A DNA stretch of 64,000 nucleotides. It comes from Alphaproteobacteria bacterium (lineage in GTDB: Bacteria > Pseudomonadota > Alphaproteobacteria > JAAXGF01). The notes beneath the pieces are model-generated. The model was not told the DNA's origin. It worked only from the letters and a program-made list of their open reading frames with translations, and ran no database searches. The number at the start of each line of letters is the position of its first letter. Positions within the stretch are counted from its first letter, which is position 1. The position numbers were made by a program, and so were the translations under genes. This document shows, piece after piece, positions 1-9,977 of this stretch. The stretch is taken from contig CAUVXB020000002.1 of the NCBI GenBank assembly GCA_963555825.3, positions 1,472,001-1,536,000 on the forward strand, written 5' to 3'.

Positions 1-245
1 CCCTGCTGGCGCCGGTGGTGCGCGCGACGGGCGGTACGGCGCTCTGGCTGGCCGACGAGCCGGCGCCGGCGGTGCGCATGGTGCGTGCCGGCCGCGACAC
101 CGCCGGGCGCGGCTGGATCGGCCTGGTGGCCAACAACGACTACGTCGTCACCGGCATCCACCAAGTCCCGCTGATGCCCGCGCTCCTGGTGCTGGCGCTC
201 GTCCTCGGCGGCCTGATGCTCGCCTGGCGCGCCGAGGGAAGCTAG
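1..245 (+). CDS. C-terminal part of a conserved alphaproteobacterial membrane protein (partial, runs off window)
   Basis: Open frame from window edge ending in hydrophobic helix PALLVLALVLGGLMLAWRAEG. Confidence 0.6.
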   Translation, partial: LLAPVVRATGGTALWLADEPAPAVRMVRAGRDTAGRGWIGLVANNDYVVTGIHQVPLMPALLVLALVLGGLMLAWRAEGS

Positions 246-251
246 GGGTTC

Positions 252-350
252 TTTGTACGGTCATCTTCAATTCATGAAGATGACCTGCGCTCAATTGCCG
301 CGCAAGCCAATCTCACGGAATCAAAGCTGGCCGAACGGTCGGCGGCCCGC
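252..350. repeat. Dispersed approx. 100-bp repeat (copy 1) preceded by GGTCATCTT..AAGATGACC hairpin
   Basis: ctgcgctcaattgccgcgcaagccaatct and ctggccgaacggtcggcggcc recur at 25187-26458 and 55630-55725. Confidence 0.65.
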
Positions 351-408
351 CTCTTGTCCCAATAAGGTTGGCGCGGGCTGGTAGATTCCGACCGATTCTG
401 ATTGATCG

Positions 409-1167
409 CTACGTCCGGGTGGTCTCCATCGGGCAGCCGGGCGCACGTTTGCCGGCGATGTAGTCGTCGATCAGCTCGATCATGCGCGCGCGGCCGAAGC
501 TCGGCCGGTGGCCGCCGTGGACGGTGGTAACGGGCAGGCCGCGCAGGCGCTCCATGGTCTCGAGGTAATCCGGGACGTTCGAGTGGTGCAGGCCGTCGAG
601 CAGCTCGCCATCGTAGATCGCGTCGCCCGAGAACAGGATGCCCGTCGCCGCCTCCCACAGGCCGATCGAGCCCGGCGAGTGGCCCGGCAGGTGGATGACC
701 TCGAAGGCGCGGTCGCCGAGGTCGATGACGTCGCCGTCGGCGACCACGCGTGTCGCCGGCGCCGACTCGATCGCGTAATCGGCGACGCGGTAGCCCGCGC
801 GCGGCAGCGCGGTGATCGAGGCCTCGTCGACGTATCTCTCGATCAGCGTGTTGTCGCGCGTCGGCGCCGCCAGCACATCGGCCTCGCCGGCGTGCACCAG
901 CCGTTCGTCGAATTCATGGTGCGAGCCGATGTGGTCGAAGTGGCTGTGGGTCGCGAAGGCCAGCACCGGCTTGTCGATCAAGTGGCTTATGGCGTCCTTC
1001 AAGGACGCCATGCCCATGCCGGTATCGATCAACAGGTCGCGCTCGCGGCCCGGCACGTGCCAAATGTTGCAGCGCATGAAGCGGATGACGTGCGGCTCCC
1101 AGATATGGCTGATGCCGTCGTCGAGCGTACGGTACTCGAACCAGCGGTCGGCGACCGGCAAGGGCAT
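409..1167 (-). CDS. MBL-fold metallo-hydrolase
   Basis: THSHFDHIG (HxHxDH), PGHSPG, FSGD, HGGH motifs. Confidence 0.9.
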   Translation of the reverse strand: MPLPVADRWFEYRTLDDGISHIWEPHVIRFMRCNIWHVPGRERDLLIDTGMGMASLKDAISHLIDKPVLAFATHSHFDHIGSHHEFDERLVHAGEADVLAAPTRDNTLIERYVDEASITALPRAGYRVADYAIESAPATRVVADGDVIDLGDRAFEVIHLPGHSPGSIGLWEAATGILFSGDAIYDGELLDGLHHSNVPDYLETMERLRGLPVTTVHGGHRPSFGRARMIELIDDYIAGKRAPGCPMETTRT

Positions 1168-1176
1168 GGCCTTCCC

Positions 1177-1467
1177 CTAAGCTGCTTCGTCCGCCGGATG
1201 CACGCGCGCGGCGATTTCCGCGCCGCGGTCGCGCTCGACGACGGCGATGTCGTACTGGCCTTGCAGGTCGAGCCAGAACTGCGCCCGATTGCCGAAATAG
1301 CGCCCGAGCCGTACGGCCGTGTCGGCGCTAATCGAGCGCCGTCCGTTGAGAATGTCGGTGATGCGACCCGACGGCACGCCGATGTCGAGTGCGAGCCGGT
1401 TGGCGCTGAGCGTCCGGGCTGCCAGCTCGCGGCCAAGCAGGCGGCCAGGATGCGCGATCGGGGTCAT
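1177..1467 (-). CDS. higA: HigA-family antitoxin (HTH)
   Basis: HPGRLL..LSANRLA..GRITDILNGRRSISADTAVRLGRYFG..FWLDLQ; directly downstream of toxin. Confidence 0.9.
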   Translation of the reverse strand: MTPIAHPGRLLGRELAARTLSANRLALDIGVPSGRITDILNGRRSISADTAVRLGRYFGNRAQFWLDLQGQYDIAVVERDRGAEIAARVHPADEAA

Positions 1468-1471
1468 GGCT

Positions 1472-1759
1472 TCATCCCTTGTGATAGTCGACGATCTCGA
1501 CATTGTACGCGTCGCCCTTGCGGAACTCGAAGCAGATGCGCCACGGTCCATTGACCGTCATCGCCCACTGCCCCTTACGAATGCCCTTGAGCCTGTGGAG
1601 CCCGACGCTCGCCAGCGGACTAAGGTCGTGCACCGAACCGGCGACGTTGAGGGCAAGCAGTAGGTCGACGGCGGCTTGGTCGTCCAGACCACGAAACCGA
1701 TTGGGATGTTCGCCTTCCCAGACTTTACGGCTTGCCGCGTTCCGCCACGACTTAATCAC
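1472..1759 (-). CDS. higB: HigB-family toxin (RelE/ParE)
   Basis: MIKSW..LHRLKG.RKGQWAMTVNGPWRICFEF..VEIVDYH. Confidence 0.9.
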   Translation of the reverse strand: MIKSWRNAASRKVWEGEHPNRFRGLDDQAAVDLLLALNVAGSVHDLSPLASVGLHRLKGIRKGQWAMTVNGPWRICFEFRKGDAYNVEIVDYHKG

Positions 1760-1839
1760 GGCAAAAACGTACTACGTCATACGGTGAATTGCAACCGCCA
1801 TCGCAGAATTTTCTGCAGCCAATCGCGTGCCACAGCCGC

Positions 1840-2727
1840 CTAGCTCGCCACCTCGTGGTCGGCCATCAGCTCGAGCGCCTTGACCATCGCCGAGTGGTCC
1901 CAGTCGGCGCCGCCGTTGGCCGCGCAGGCGTTGAACAGCTCCATCGCGGTCGCCGTGTTGGGCAGGCTGAGGCCCATGGCGCGCGCCCCCGCGAGCGCCA
2001 GGCTCAAGTCCTTCTGGTGCAGGCGGATGCGGAAGCCCGGGTCGAAGGTGCGCTTGATCATGCGCTCGCCGTGGACCTCGAGGATGCGCGACGCGGCGAA
2101 ACCGCCCATCAGCGCCTCGCGCACCTTGGCCGGATCGGCGCCCGCCTTGGCGGCGAACAGCAGCGCCTCGGCGGCGGCCTCGATGTTGAGCGCGACGATG
2201 ATCTGGTTGGCCACCTTGCAGGTCTGGCCGTCGCCGACGCCGCCGACCAGGGTGATGTTCTTGCCCATCAACTCGAACAGCGGATTGACCCGCGCGAAGG
2301 CGTCTTCCGTGCCGCCGACCATGATGGTCAGCGCCGCCGCCTTGGCGCCGACCTCGCCACCCGAGACCGGCGCGTCGAGATAATCGCAGCCGAGATCGCC
2401 GATGCGTTCGGCGAAAGCCTTGGTCTCGATCGGCGAGATCGAGCTCATGTCGATCACGGTCTTGCCCGCCGAGAGGCCCTCGGCGACGCCGTCCGGCCCG
2501 AACAGAACGGCCTCGACGTCGGGCGTGTCCGGCACCATGACGATGACCACCTCGGCGTTCTCGGCGGCCTCGCGGGCCGACGCGCATTCGATGGCGCCGC
2601 CCGCCATCAGCGCCTCGGGCAGGTCGGCGCGGTGCTTGACGACGTAGAGCTCGTGGCCGCCGGCCTGCAGATGGCCCGCCATGGGCCGCCCCATGATGCC
2701 GAGCCCGATGAATCCGATCTTGGTCAT
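1840..2727 (-). CDS. glxR: 2-hydroxy-3-oxopropionate (tartronate semialdehyde) reductase
   Basis: IGFIGLGIMG, DAPVSGG, CKVANQIIV, FDPGFRIRLHQKDL; near hyi. Confidence 0.9.
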   Translation of the reverse strand: MTKIGFIGLGIMGRPMAGHLQAGGHELYVVKHRADLPEALMAGGAIECASAREAAENAEVVIVMVPDTPDVEAVLFGPDGVAEGLSAGKTVIDMSSISPIETKAFAERIGDLGCDYLDAPVSGGEVGAKAAALTIMVGGTEDAFARVNPLFELMGKNITLVGGVGDGQTCKVANQIIVALNIEAAAEALLFAAKAGADPAKVREALMGGFAASRILEVHGERMIKRTFDPGFRIRLHQKDLSLALAGARAMGLSLPNTATAMELFNACAANGGADWDHSAMVKALELMADHEVAS

Positions 2728-2845
2728 GTGTCGCCTCCTCCGTCGCGCGATTGCTCGAACGCCCGCCGGCCGTCTCAGGCGCCGACGGGCACAGCGATCA
2801 TAGCGCGATCGAATGGGGTCGAGTAGCCCCGACGGCGGCCGACGG

Positions 2846-4060
2846 TCAGATGGGCGGCGGCGGACGGAAGCCCGGGCGCGGCACACGCACCCAGATCGGC
2901 ATGTGGTCGCTGACCGAGTTCTCGCAGTGCTCGAAGATAAACTTGCGATCGGCGTCGGAGAGGCCCTCGTCGACCTCGTTTCCCCTCAAGGCCTTCGCGA
3001 AGAGATCGGTAAACCGGAAGACTTGGAAGTCGAAGCCGTCGGGCTCCTTGCCCGCCCCCTCCCTCCACCGGTGGGTCGGAAGGAATTTCTCCTTGGCGCC
3101 CCGCATGAAGGCGATCTGGTCGAAGGTCTGGTTCTCCCGCGCGTTGCTGCGGTGCACCTTGCGCGTCGGCGGATAGGGGTCGATGAACGGGAAATAAACC
3201 CGGCGCGCCGCGCGGCCGAACACCGTCTTGTTGAGGTCGCGGAGGAACTCGTTCGTCACCGGCCCGTCCTTGTCGGGATTGTTGAAGTTCAGGTTGAGGT
3301 CGCCGAGCAGGATGAAGTTGGGCGCGACCATGCGCTTCTCCGCCTTCAGCCGGTTGACCATCCAGGCGACGAGGGCGCGGAACTCGGCGTCGCGCTCGGC
3401 TTGGCTGCCGTAGATGAGGTGGGCGTTGACCGCGATGAAGCGGAGCGACTTGTTCCCCTTGCCGGGCACCTCGAAGGCGCCGACATGCGGGGTCCGGGCG
3501 AAGCTCAGGAATTCGGGCAATCGAAACGTCGGCTTGCTCGTCCGCGTCCCGGCCTCGAACGCCGCCATCTTCTCCTGGTGCTCCCGCCACGCGGCGACGA
3601 TGGCGTCGCGCCCGGCCTCGAAGTTCTGCAGCATGTCGGAGCGGTCGACGGTCAGATCGGAGATCATGTCGGCCCGGTGCACACGGCTACGGCGGTAAAG
3701 GAAGGCCAGCCGCTCGGCCATGCCGCTCTTGCCCGGCGTCCTACCCGTGGTGTCGGACACCACGAGCCCGTATTCGCCGGCGCTCGACACGCGCTCATCC
3801 ACGCGCGCCTTCAGTTCGTGCAGACCATCGAGCCGATCCTGGACCTCCTGGATTGCGACCAGATCGCAGCGCGCGCAAAACCGCGCCATGAAGTCGATCT
3901 CGCGTTTGCGGCTCCCCGGCGCGCCGAGCTTGCGGATGTTGAACGAGGCGAGCACCACCGACTCCTCGCGCCCGCCCTCGGGCATGCCGTAGTGGGCGGG
4001 ATCACGCTCGAGCTCCGCCTCGATGAGATCCCATTCGCCACTCTTGAACCGCTTGGCCAT
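2846..4060 (-). CDS. Endonuclease/exonuclease/phosphatase (DNase I-like) protein
   Basis: LASFNI, LVAIQEV, NAHL, LGDLN, FDQI, SDHMP catalytic motifs. Confidence 0.85.
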   Translation of the reverse strand: MAKRFKSGEWDLIEAELERDPAHYGMPEGGREESVVLASFNIRKLGAPGSRKREIDFMARFCARCDLVAIQEVQDRLDGLHELKARVDERVSSAGEYGLVVSDTTGRTPGKSGMAERLAFLYRRSRVHRADMISDLTVDRSDMLQNFEAGRDAIVAAWREHQEKMAAFEAGTRTSKPTFRLPEFLSFARTPHVGAFEVPGKGNKSLRFIAVNAHLIYGSQAERDAEFRALVAWMVNRLKAEKRMVAPNFILLGDLNLNFNNPDKDGPVTNEFLRDLNKTVFGRAARRVYFPFIDPYPPTRKVHRSNARENQTFDQIAFMRGAKEKFLPTHRWREGAGKEPDGFDFQVFRFTDLFAKALRGNEVDEGLSDADRKFIFEHCENSVSDHMPIWVRVPRPGFRPPPPI

Positions 4061-4171
4061 GGCTGCCCCTCCGGCCTGATGTGATCGGCTTGAGGAGAAG
4101 ACTACCGCAAAAGTTGCAATTACTCTTGGTTAATTTTTTGGCTCGATCAGCGCAATCTATAGAAACGGATG

Positions 4172-4948
4172 CTAAAGATAGGGCGCGAGCCAGCCGAGGC
4201 CGTCTGTGGTGCCGGCGGCGGGCTTGTATTCGCAGCCCACCCAGCCGTCATAGCCGAGCCGGTCGAGGTGGTCGAACAGGAACCGGTAATTGATCTCGCC
4301 CGAGCCCGGCTCGTGGCGGCCCGGCGTGTCGGCAATCTGGATATGGGCGATGCGCTCGAGGTTCCGCTCGATGGTCGGCGCCAGATCGCCCTCCATGATC
4401 TGCATGTGATAGACGTCGTACTGGAGCCGCAGATTGTCCGCGCCGACTTCGTCGAAGATCGCCAGCGCGTCGGCCGTGTGGTTGAGGTAGAAGCCCGGAA
4501 TGTCGCGCGTGTTGATCGGCTCGCTGACCAGCGTGATGCCCGCCTTGGCGGTCTCGGCGGCCGCGAAGCGCAAATTGGCGACGAAGGTCTCGCGTAAGGT
4601 CGCCGGGTCGGCGCCCTCGGGCGCGACGCCGGCCAGGCAGTTGACGCGCCCGCAGCCGAGCGCCGTGGCATACTCGATGGCCAGGCCGACGCCGTCCTGG
4701 AATTCACCCTGGCGATCGGGCAGGCAGCCGATGCCGCGATCGCCGGCCTCCCAGTCGCCCGCCGGCAGGTTGTGCAGCGCCTGGGTCAGGTCGTGTTCGT
4801 GCAGCTTGCCGGCCAGCACTTCCTTGTCGTAGGCGTAGGGGAAGAGGTACTCGACCCCGGTGAAGCCGGCCTCGGCCGCCGCGGCGAAGCGGTCGAGGAA
4901 ATCGACCTCGTTGAACATCATCGTCAAATTCGCGGCAAACCGTGGCAT
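4172..4948 (-). CDS. hyi: Hydroxypyruvate isomerase
   Basis: MPRFAANL..GVEYLFPY..EPIN..DVYHMQ..HIQIADTPGRHEPG..CEY. Confidence 0.93.
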   Translation of the reverse strand: MPRFAANLTMMFNEVDFLDRFAAAAEAGFTGVEYLFPYAYDKEVLAGKLHEHDLTQALHNLPAGDWEAGDRGIGCLPDRQGEFQDGVGLAIEYATALGCGRVNCLAGVAPEGADPATLRETFVANLRFAAAETAKAGITLVSEPINTRDIPGFYLNHTADALAIFDEVGADNLRLQYDVYHMQIMEGDLAPTIERNLERIAHIQIADTPGRHEPGSGEINYRFLFDHLDRLGYDGWVGCEYKPAAGTTDGLGWLAPYL

Positions 4949-4974
4949 GGCGTATTCTCCTTGGTTCGTTGCGC

Positions 4975-6477
4975 TCAAGCGAGATAGCGCGCCTCGAGAT
5001 GTGATTTGAACACCGCGGTATCGAGCGGCCGGCCGGTCGCCTTCACGACCAGCGCTTTGGACGAGAGCGACGCGCCGAGGCCGTGGACGTTAGCGCGCAG
5101 CCAGGCGAACAACGGCGCGAAGTCGCCGCGGCCGATGCCGTCGACGATGTCGGGCTCGGCGCGCCGGGCGGCGTCGAACAACTGCGCCGCCGTCATCGCG
5201 CCCAACGTGTAGGTCGGGAAATAGCCGAACAGCCCGGCCGACCAGTGGATGTCCTGCAGACAGCCCAGGCGGTCGTCGGGCGGCGTCAGCCCCAGGCCGT
5301 CGCGCATCGCTTGCGCCCAGGCGCCGGGCAGGTCGGGGACCTCGAGGTCGCCGGCGATCAGCGCCTTCTCGAGCCGGTAGCGCAGCATGATATGCGCTGG
5401 ATAGGTCAGCTCGTCGGCGTCGACCCGAATGTAGCCGGGCGCGACGCGGATCGCCAGGCGATAGAGGTTGTCGGGCTGCCACGCCGGGCCGTCGCCGACG
5501 AACGCCGCGCGCATCAGCGGTGCGGCGAAGCCGATGAAGACGCGGCTGCGGCAGGCCTGCATCTCGAGCAGCAGCGACTGGCTTTCGTGCAGGCTCATGC
5601 TGTGGACGTGGCCGACCGGCTGCAGGCGCCACTCGGTAGGCAGGCCGTGTTCGTACATGGCGTGGCCGGTCTCGTGCAACACCGCCATCATCGCCTTGGT
5701 GAAGTCGTCCTCGGCGTAGCGCGTCGTGATGCGGACGTCGCCCGGCGTGCCGCCGCAGAACGGGTGATCGCTCTCATCGATGCGGCCGCGCCTGAAATCG
5801 AAGCCGACCGTCGCCATCAGCCGGCGGCCTAGCGCGCGCTGGGCGGCGATCGGGAAGGGGCCTTCGAGCTCGCGCGCTTCGCCGTCGCGCGCCTGACGCT
5901 CGATCGCGGCGGCGACGAAACCGGGCAGGAAAGCGCCGAGATCGGCGAACAGCGCGTCGATCTCGGCCGACCGGCCGCCTGGTTCGAAGTCGTCGAGCAG
6001 CGCGTCGTAGGGCGTCACGCCGAGCGCCTCGGCCTTGGCGGCGGCGCTCGCGCGCACCAGCGCGACGACGGCGGCGAGGCTCGGCGCGAAGCCGGCGAAG
6101 TCGTCGTCGGCGCGCGCGCTCCGCCAGCGCATCTCGCACGCCGAGGTCGCCTTGGACAGCGCCTCGACGAGACGCGCGTCGAGCGCGTTGGCGTGCACCC
6201 ATTGGCGCCGCATTTCGGCCAGGTTGGCGGCCTGCCAGGGGTCGAGCGCGCCGGCCTCGTCGGCCTCGGCGCGGGCCAGTCGATCGGCGAGCGCCGGGTC
6301 GGTCAGCGTTTCGTGGCAGACCACGGCGAGCGTCGACAGCTGCTCGGCGCGGTCGTCGGCGCCGCCCGCCGGCATCATCGTCTGGCTGTCCCAGTCGAGC
6401 ATCGCGCTGGCGCCGCGCAAGGCGGTGAGGCGCGCGAAGCGGCGCTCGAGGTAGCGGTAGGCGTCAGGCATGGGCAT
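4975..6477 (-). CDS. Carboxypeptidase M32 (Taq-type)
   Basis: HPF, HETGHAMYE, HESQS, IRVDADELTY, GCLQDIHW, GYFPTY. Confidence 0.93.
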   Translation of the reverse strand: MPMPDAYRYLERRFARLTALRGASAMLDWDSQTMMPAGGADDRAEQLSTLAVVCHETLTDPALADRLARAEADEAGALDPWQAANLAEMRRQWVHANALDARLVEALSKATSACEMRWRSARADDDFAGFAPSLAAVVALVRASAAAKAEALGVTPYDALLDDFEPGGRSAEIDALFADLGAFLPGFVAAAIERQARDGEARELEGPFPIAAQRALGRRLMATVGFDFRRGRIDESDHPFCGGTPGDVRITTRYAEDDFTKAMMAVLHETGHAMYEHGLPTEWRLQPVGHVHSMSLHESQSLLLEMQACRSRVFIGFAAPLMRAAFVGDGPAWQPDNLYRLAIRVAPGYIRVDADELTYPAHIMLRYRLEKALIAGDLEVPDLPGAWAQAMRDGLGLTPPDDRLGCLQDIHWSAGLFGYFPTYTLGAMTAAQLFDAARRAEPDIVDGIGRGDFAPLFAWLRANVHGLGASLSSKALVVKATGRPLDTAVFKSHLEARYLA

Positions 6478-7402
6478 GGCTCGTTGGTTCGACATGGGGC
6501 CGTAAGTAGGCCGCGGCGAGTAGGGCAAAGACCAGGATGCCGGTGCCCTGATGGACGATCGCGATCCACAACGGCATCAGCAGGAAGACCACCGTGGCGC
6601 CGAAGACAATCTCGGTCGCGACCAGCGCGGCGGCCACCGTGAGGACGTGGTGGAAGCCGGGCGCGGCGGCGCGCCGCGCGCGGCCGGCGACGAACAGGGC
6701 GCCGATCAGCAGCGCCGTCGTGAGCGCCAGCAGCCGGTGCACGACGTTGGCGAGCACCAGCGGATCGGCGAGATCGGGCAGCAGCGTCTCGTTGCACAGC
6801 GGCCAGCTCGCGCAGGCCAGCGAGGCGCCGCTCTTGGCCATCATCGCGCCGCTCGCCATGGTCGCCATGGCGGCCAGCGCGGCGACCCCGGTGACCGTGA
6901 CGATGTGTTGCGGCAGGGCGTCGGCCGGCGTGCCGCCGTCGGGGCGCGCGGCGAGGAAGACGCGGATCAGCACGGCGAGGAAGATCAGGGCGACGGTCAA
7001 ATGCACGGCGACCGACCAGGGACTGTTGCGGTCGAGCACGGTGAAGCCGCCAAGCCCGGCCTGGACGACCACCAGCACGAGTGCTGCGACCATCAGCGGC
7101 GCTGGCGCGCGTGTCTGGCCACGCAAGCGGAAGGCCCACACCGTCAGCGCCAGGACGAGCGGCCCGACGACCAAGCCGGCGATCAACCGGTGGGTCCATT
7201 CGAGCATCACCTGGCCGTAGCTGTAGGCAACGTCGGGGAGCGCCGCGAAGACGCTCGGCGTCAACAGCCAGACGCCGTAGCAGCGTGGCCAGTCGGGGCA
7301 GGAGATGCCCGAATCGGTGGCGCGCACAACGGCGCCGAGCACGATCAGCGCGTAGCTGAACACGATCGTCAGGCCGGCCAGGCGGCGGAAACCGCGCATC
7401 AC
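6464..7402 (-). CDS. ctaA: Heme A synthase, type-1 (Cys-pair) CtaA/COX15
   Basis: GISCPDWPRC, EWTHR, VAVH, ACASWPLC, VVHR, IVHQ; in cox operon. Confidence 0.88.
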   Translation of the reverse strand: MMRGFRRLAGLTIVFSYALIVLGAVVRATDSGISCPDWPRCYGVWLLTPSVFAALPDVAYSYGQVMLEWTHRLIAGLVVGPLVLALTVWAFRLRGQTRAPAPLMVAALVLVVVQAGLGGFTVLDRNSPWSVAVHLTVALIFLAVLIRVFLAARPDGGTPADALPQHIVTVTGVAALAAMATMASGAMMAKSGASLACASWPLCNETLLPDLADPLVLANVVHRLLALTTALLIGALFVAGRARRAAAPGFHHVLTVAAALVATEIVFGATVVFLLMPLWIAIVHQGTGILVFALLAAAYLRPHVEPTSHAHA

Positions 7403-8115
7403 GCCGCGTCCTCGATCGCCTGGCGCCGCGCCAGGACGGCGATCACCAGCAGCGCCGCCGCCAGGCTGAACCAGAGGATGGCGTATTGCAGATGCTCGTT
7501 GCGCAGCTTGACCGCCATCTCCTTGCCGATCGGCAGGCCGCCCGGATTGGCCGTCGTGTCGGCTTCGATCAGGAGCGGCGGCGCGTCGACGCCGGCGAAC
7601 GCCGCCATCGCCGCGAGATCGCGCCAGAACCAGTAGTTGCGCGCCGGATCGTTGTCGGGCGTGAACCAGCCGCGCTCGCTGGCGCCGCGCAACAACCCCC
7701 GGACCGTTACCTCGTTGTCGACTTGGCCGGCGCGACGAAACGCCGGGTCGCGCGCCTCGTTGGGCACCCAGCCGCGGTCGATCAGAACGGTCGCGCCATC
7801 GACGCGGCGCAGCGGCGTGATGACACGAAAACCGAACTCACCGCGCCGCGTCGCCGCGAGATAGACCTCACGGTCGTGCAGGAAGGCGCCCGAGACCGTG
7901 ACCCGGCGGTGCGCCAAGGCGGCGAGTAGCCCGGCCGGATCGCCGCGCTCGGCGGGCAACGCGATGGGCGGCTCGGCGAGGCGCGTCTCGCGCAGCTCGA
8001 CCAGCGCCGTCTTCCAGGCGAGTCGCTGGAGCTGCCAGATGCCGAGGCCGAGCAGGATGCAGAGGGCGGCAAGGACGATCGCGATTGCCCAGGGGCCGGA
8101 GCGAAAGCCGCGCAC
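7399..8115 (-). CDS. surf1: SURF1 family cytochrome oxidase assembly protein
   Basis: LGIWQLQRLAWK, DRGWVP, NEHLQYAILWF. Confidence 0.93.
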   Translation of the reverse strand: MRGFRSGPWAIAIVLAALCILLGLGIWQLQRLAWKTALVELRETRLAEPPIALPAERGDPAGLLAALAHRRVTVSGAFLHDREVYLAATRRGEFGFRVITPLRRVDGATVLIDRGWVPNEARDPAFRRAGQVDNEVTVRGLLRGASERGWFTPDNDPARNYWFWRDLAAMAAFAGVDAPPLLIEADTTANPGGLPIGKEMAVKLRNEHLQYAILWFSLAAALLVIAVLARRQAIEDAA

Positions 8116-8116
8116 G

Positions 8117-8494
8117 TCAGGCGTCGTCGTTGCTTTCGAACTGGACCCGGTGCTTGTACTGAAGCGCGATCATGATCGCCTTGAACGGCCGCAACAGGCC
8201 GATCGAACCGCCCAAAATCAGTGGGAACCAGATCAGGAGATGGAGCCACATCGGCGGCGCGAAGGTCGTCTCGAGCAGGAACGCGAGGCCGACCACGACG
8301 AAGCCGAGAATAAATATGATGAACACGGCCGGCGCGTCGCCGCTGTTCTGCTGGGTGAGGTCCAGGTTGCACACCGCGCAACGCTCGGCGACGTCGAGGA
8401 ACCCGGCGAAAAGCTTGCCCTCGCCACAGCGCGGGCAGCGGCAGGCAAATCCCGCCTTGAACGGCGATATCGTGCCGTAACAGGCCTCGCTCAC
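8117..8494 (-). CDS. DUF983 family protein
   Basis: CRCPRCGEGKLF..C..C..GDAPAVF..PPMWLH..RPFK..LQYKH; usual position between coxC and surf1. Confidence 0.85.
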   Translation of the reverse strand: MSEACYGTISPFKAGFACRCPRCGEGKLFAGFLDVAERCAVCNLDLTQQNSGDAPAVFIIFILGFVVVGLAFLLETTFAPPMWLHLLIWFPLILGGSIGLLRPFKAIMIALQYKHRVQFESNDDA

Positions 8495-8516
8495 GCGTGC
8501 CTCCGATGCTGCCCGA

Positions 8517-9320
8517 TCATGCGCCCCAAATGTAGACGCAGGAGAACAGGAACAGCCAGACGACGTCGACGAAATGCCAGTACCAGGCGGCCGCCTCGAA
8601 ACCGAAATGATGATCTGGCTTGAAGTGGCCCTGGTGGAGCCGCCACAGGCAGACTGCCAGGAAGCAGGTGCCGATGATGACGTGGAAGCCGTGGAAGCCG
8701 GTCGCCATGAAGAAGGTCGAGCCGTAAATGCCGCCGTCGATCGAGAACGACGCACGCGTGTACTCATAGGCCTGCAACGCCGTGAACGCGACGCCGAGCG
8801 TGACCGTGAACCACATGGCCTGGATCGCGCTCGGGCGGTTGCCGTCGAGGATCGCGTGGTGCGCCCAGGTCACCGTGGTGCCCGAGGTCAAGAGGATCAG
8901 CGTATTGAGGAACGGTATCTGGAACGGATCGAAGGTCTTGATGCCGACCGGCGGCCAGACCCCGCCGGTCGCCTCGGCGGGGAACAGGCTGGCGTTGAAA
9001 AAGGCCCAGAAGAAGCCGGCGAAGAACATCACCTCCGAGGCGATGAACAACGCCATGCCATAGCGCAACCCGAGTTGAACGACCCGCGAATGATGGCCCT
9101 GATGCTCGCCTTCGCGGATGACGTCGCGCCACCAGAGCGCCATCGTGCCGATCGTCATGAACAACCCGATGAAGAACAGGATATTGGTGACGTCGTGCAT
9201 CAACAGGATGCCGCCGGTCGCGAGAACGAACGCGGAGATCGCGCCGGCGACCGGCCAGGGGCTCGGGTCGACGAGGTGGTATTCGTGGTGTTTGGCGTGT
9301 GTGTCGGCCATTACCGCCAT
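8517..9320 (-). CDS. coxC: Cytochrome c oxidase subunit III
   Basis: YHLVDPSPWP, FIASEVMFF, TGFHGFHV, AAWYWHFVDVVW. Confidence 0.96.
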   Translation of the reverse strand: MAVMADTHAKHHEYHLVDPSPWPVAGAISAFVLATGGILLMHDVTNILFFIGLFMTIGTMALWWRDVIREGEHQGHHSRVVQLGLRYGMALFIASEVMFFAGFFWAFFNASLFPAEATGGVWPPVGIKTFDPFQIPFLNTLILLTSGTTVTWAHHAILDGNRPSAIQAMWFTVTLGVAFTALQAYEYTRASFSIDGGIYGSTFFMATGFHGFHVIIGTCFLAVCLWRLHQGHFKPDHHFGFEAAAWYWHFVDVVWLFLFSCVYIWGA

Positions 9321-9376
9321 CCCCTCAAGAGCAATTTTTGCATCTCTTCGCGCGCCTGTCCTCGCCGGCCCATCGC

Positions 9377-9958
9377 TCAGTTGAGCGCCGGTTTCGCGGC
9401 GGCTCCCTCGGCGTCCGACGGGGTCTGCGTCTTCGCCGGGAAGAACATGTAGGACAGCGTGATGGTGTTGATTTCAGCCAGGTTCGGGTCCTCCAACATC
9501 ATCGGATCGACGAAGAAGGTGACCGCCATCTCGGCGCTCTCGCCGGGCGCCAGCGTCTGCTCGGTGAAGCAGAAGCACTCGACCTTGGCGAAATAGGGTC
9601 CGACCTTGTGCGGCGTGACGTTGAACGTCGAGGTGCCGACCAGGGTCTGGCCGGTCGGGTTCTCGGCGACATAGTGGATCAGCGCGGTTTCGCCGATGCG
9701 CAGCTCGATCTCGCGCTGCTTGGGCCGGAAGTTCCACGGCAGGCCCGACGCAATGTCGGCGTTGAAGCGCACGGTGACGACGCGGTCCGAAATCGCGTCG
9801 GGCACCGCGGTCGCGACCTGCGTCGTTCCGCCATAGCCGGTGATCTGGCAGAACATCCGATAGAGCGGCACCGCCGCGTAACTCAGCCCGGCCATGCCGA
9901 CCAGCAGGCCGGTCAGCGCCGCGACGGTGATCGACTTTCGTCTTTGCATTGTCGCCAT
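9377..9958 (-). CDS. ctaG: Cytochrome c oxidase copper assembly protein CtaG/Cox11
   Basis: VPLYRMFCQITGYGG, KVECFCF. Confidence 0.95.
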   Translation of the reverse strand: MATMQRRKSITVAALTGLLVGMAGLSYAAVPLYRMFCQITGYGGTTQVATAVPDAISDRVVTVRFNADIASGLPWNFRPKQREIELRIGETALIHYVAENPTGQTLVGTSTFNVTPHKVGPYFAKVECFCFTEQTLAPGESAEMAVTFFVDPMMLEDPNLAEINTITLSYMFFPAKTQTPSDAEGAAAKPALN

Positions 9959-9977
9959 GGTTGGTGCGCCCCGCCGC

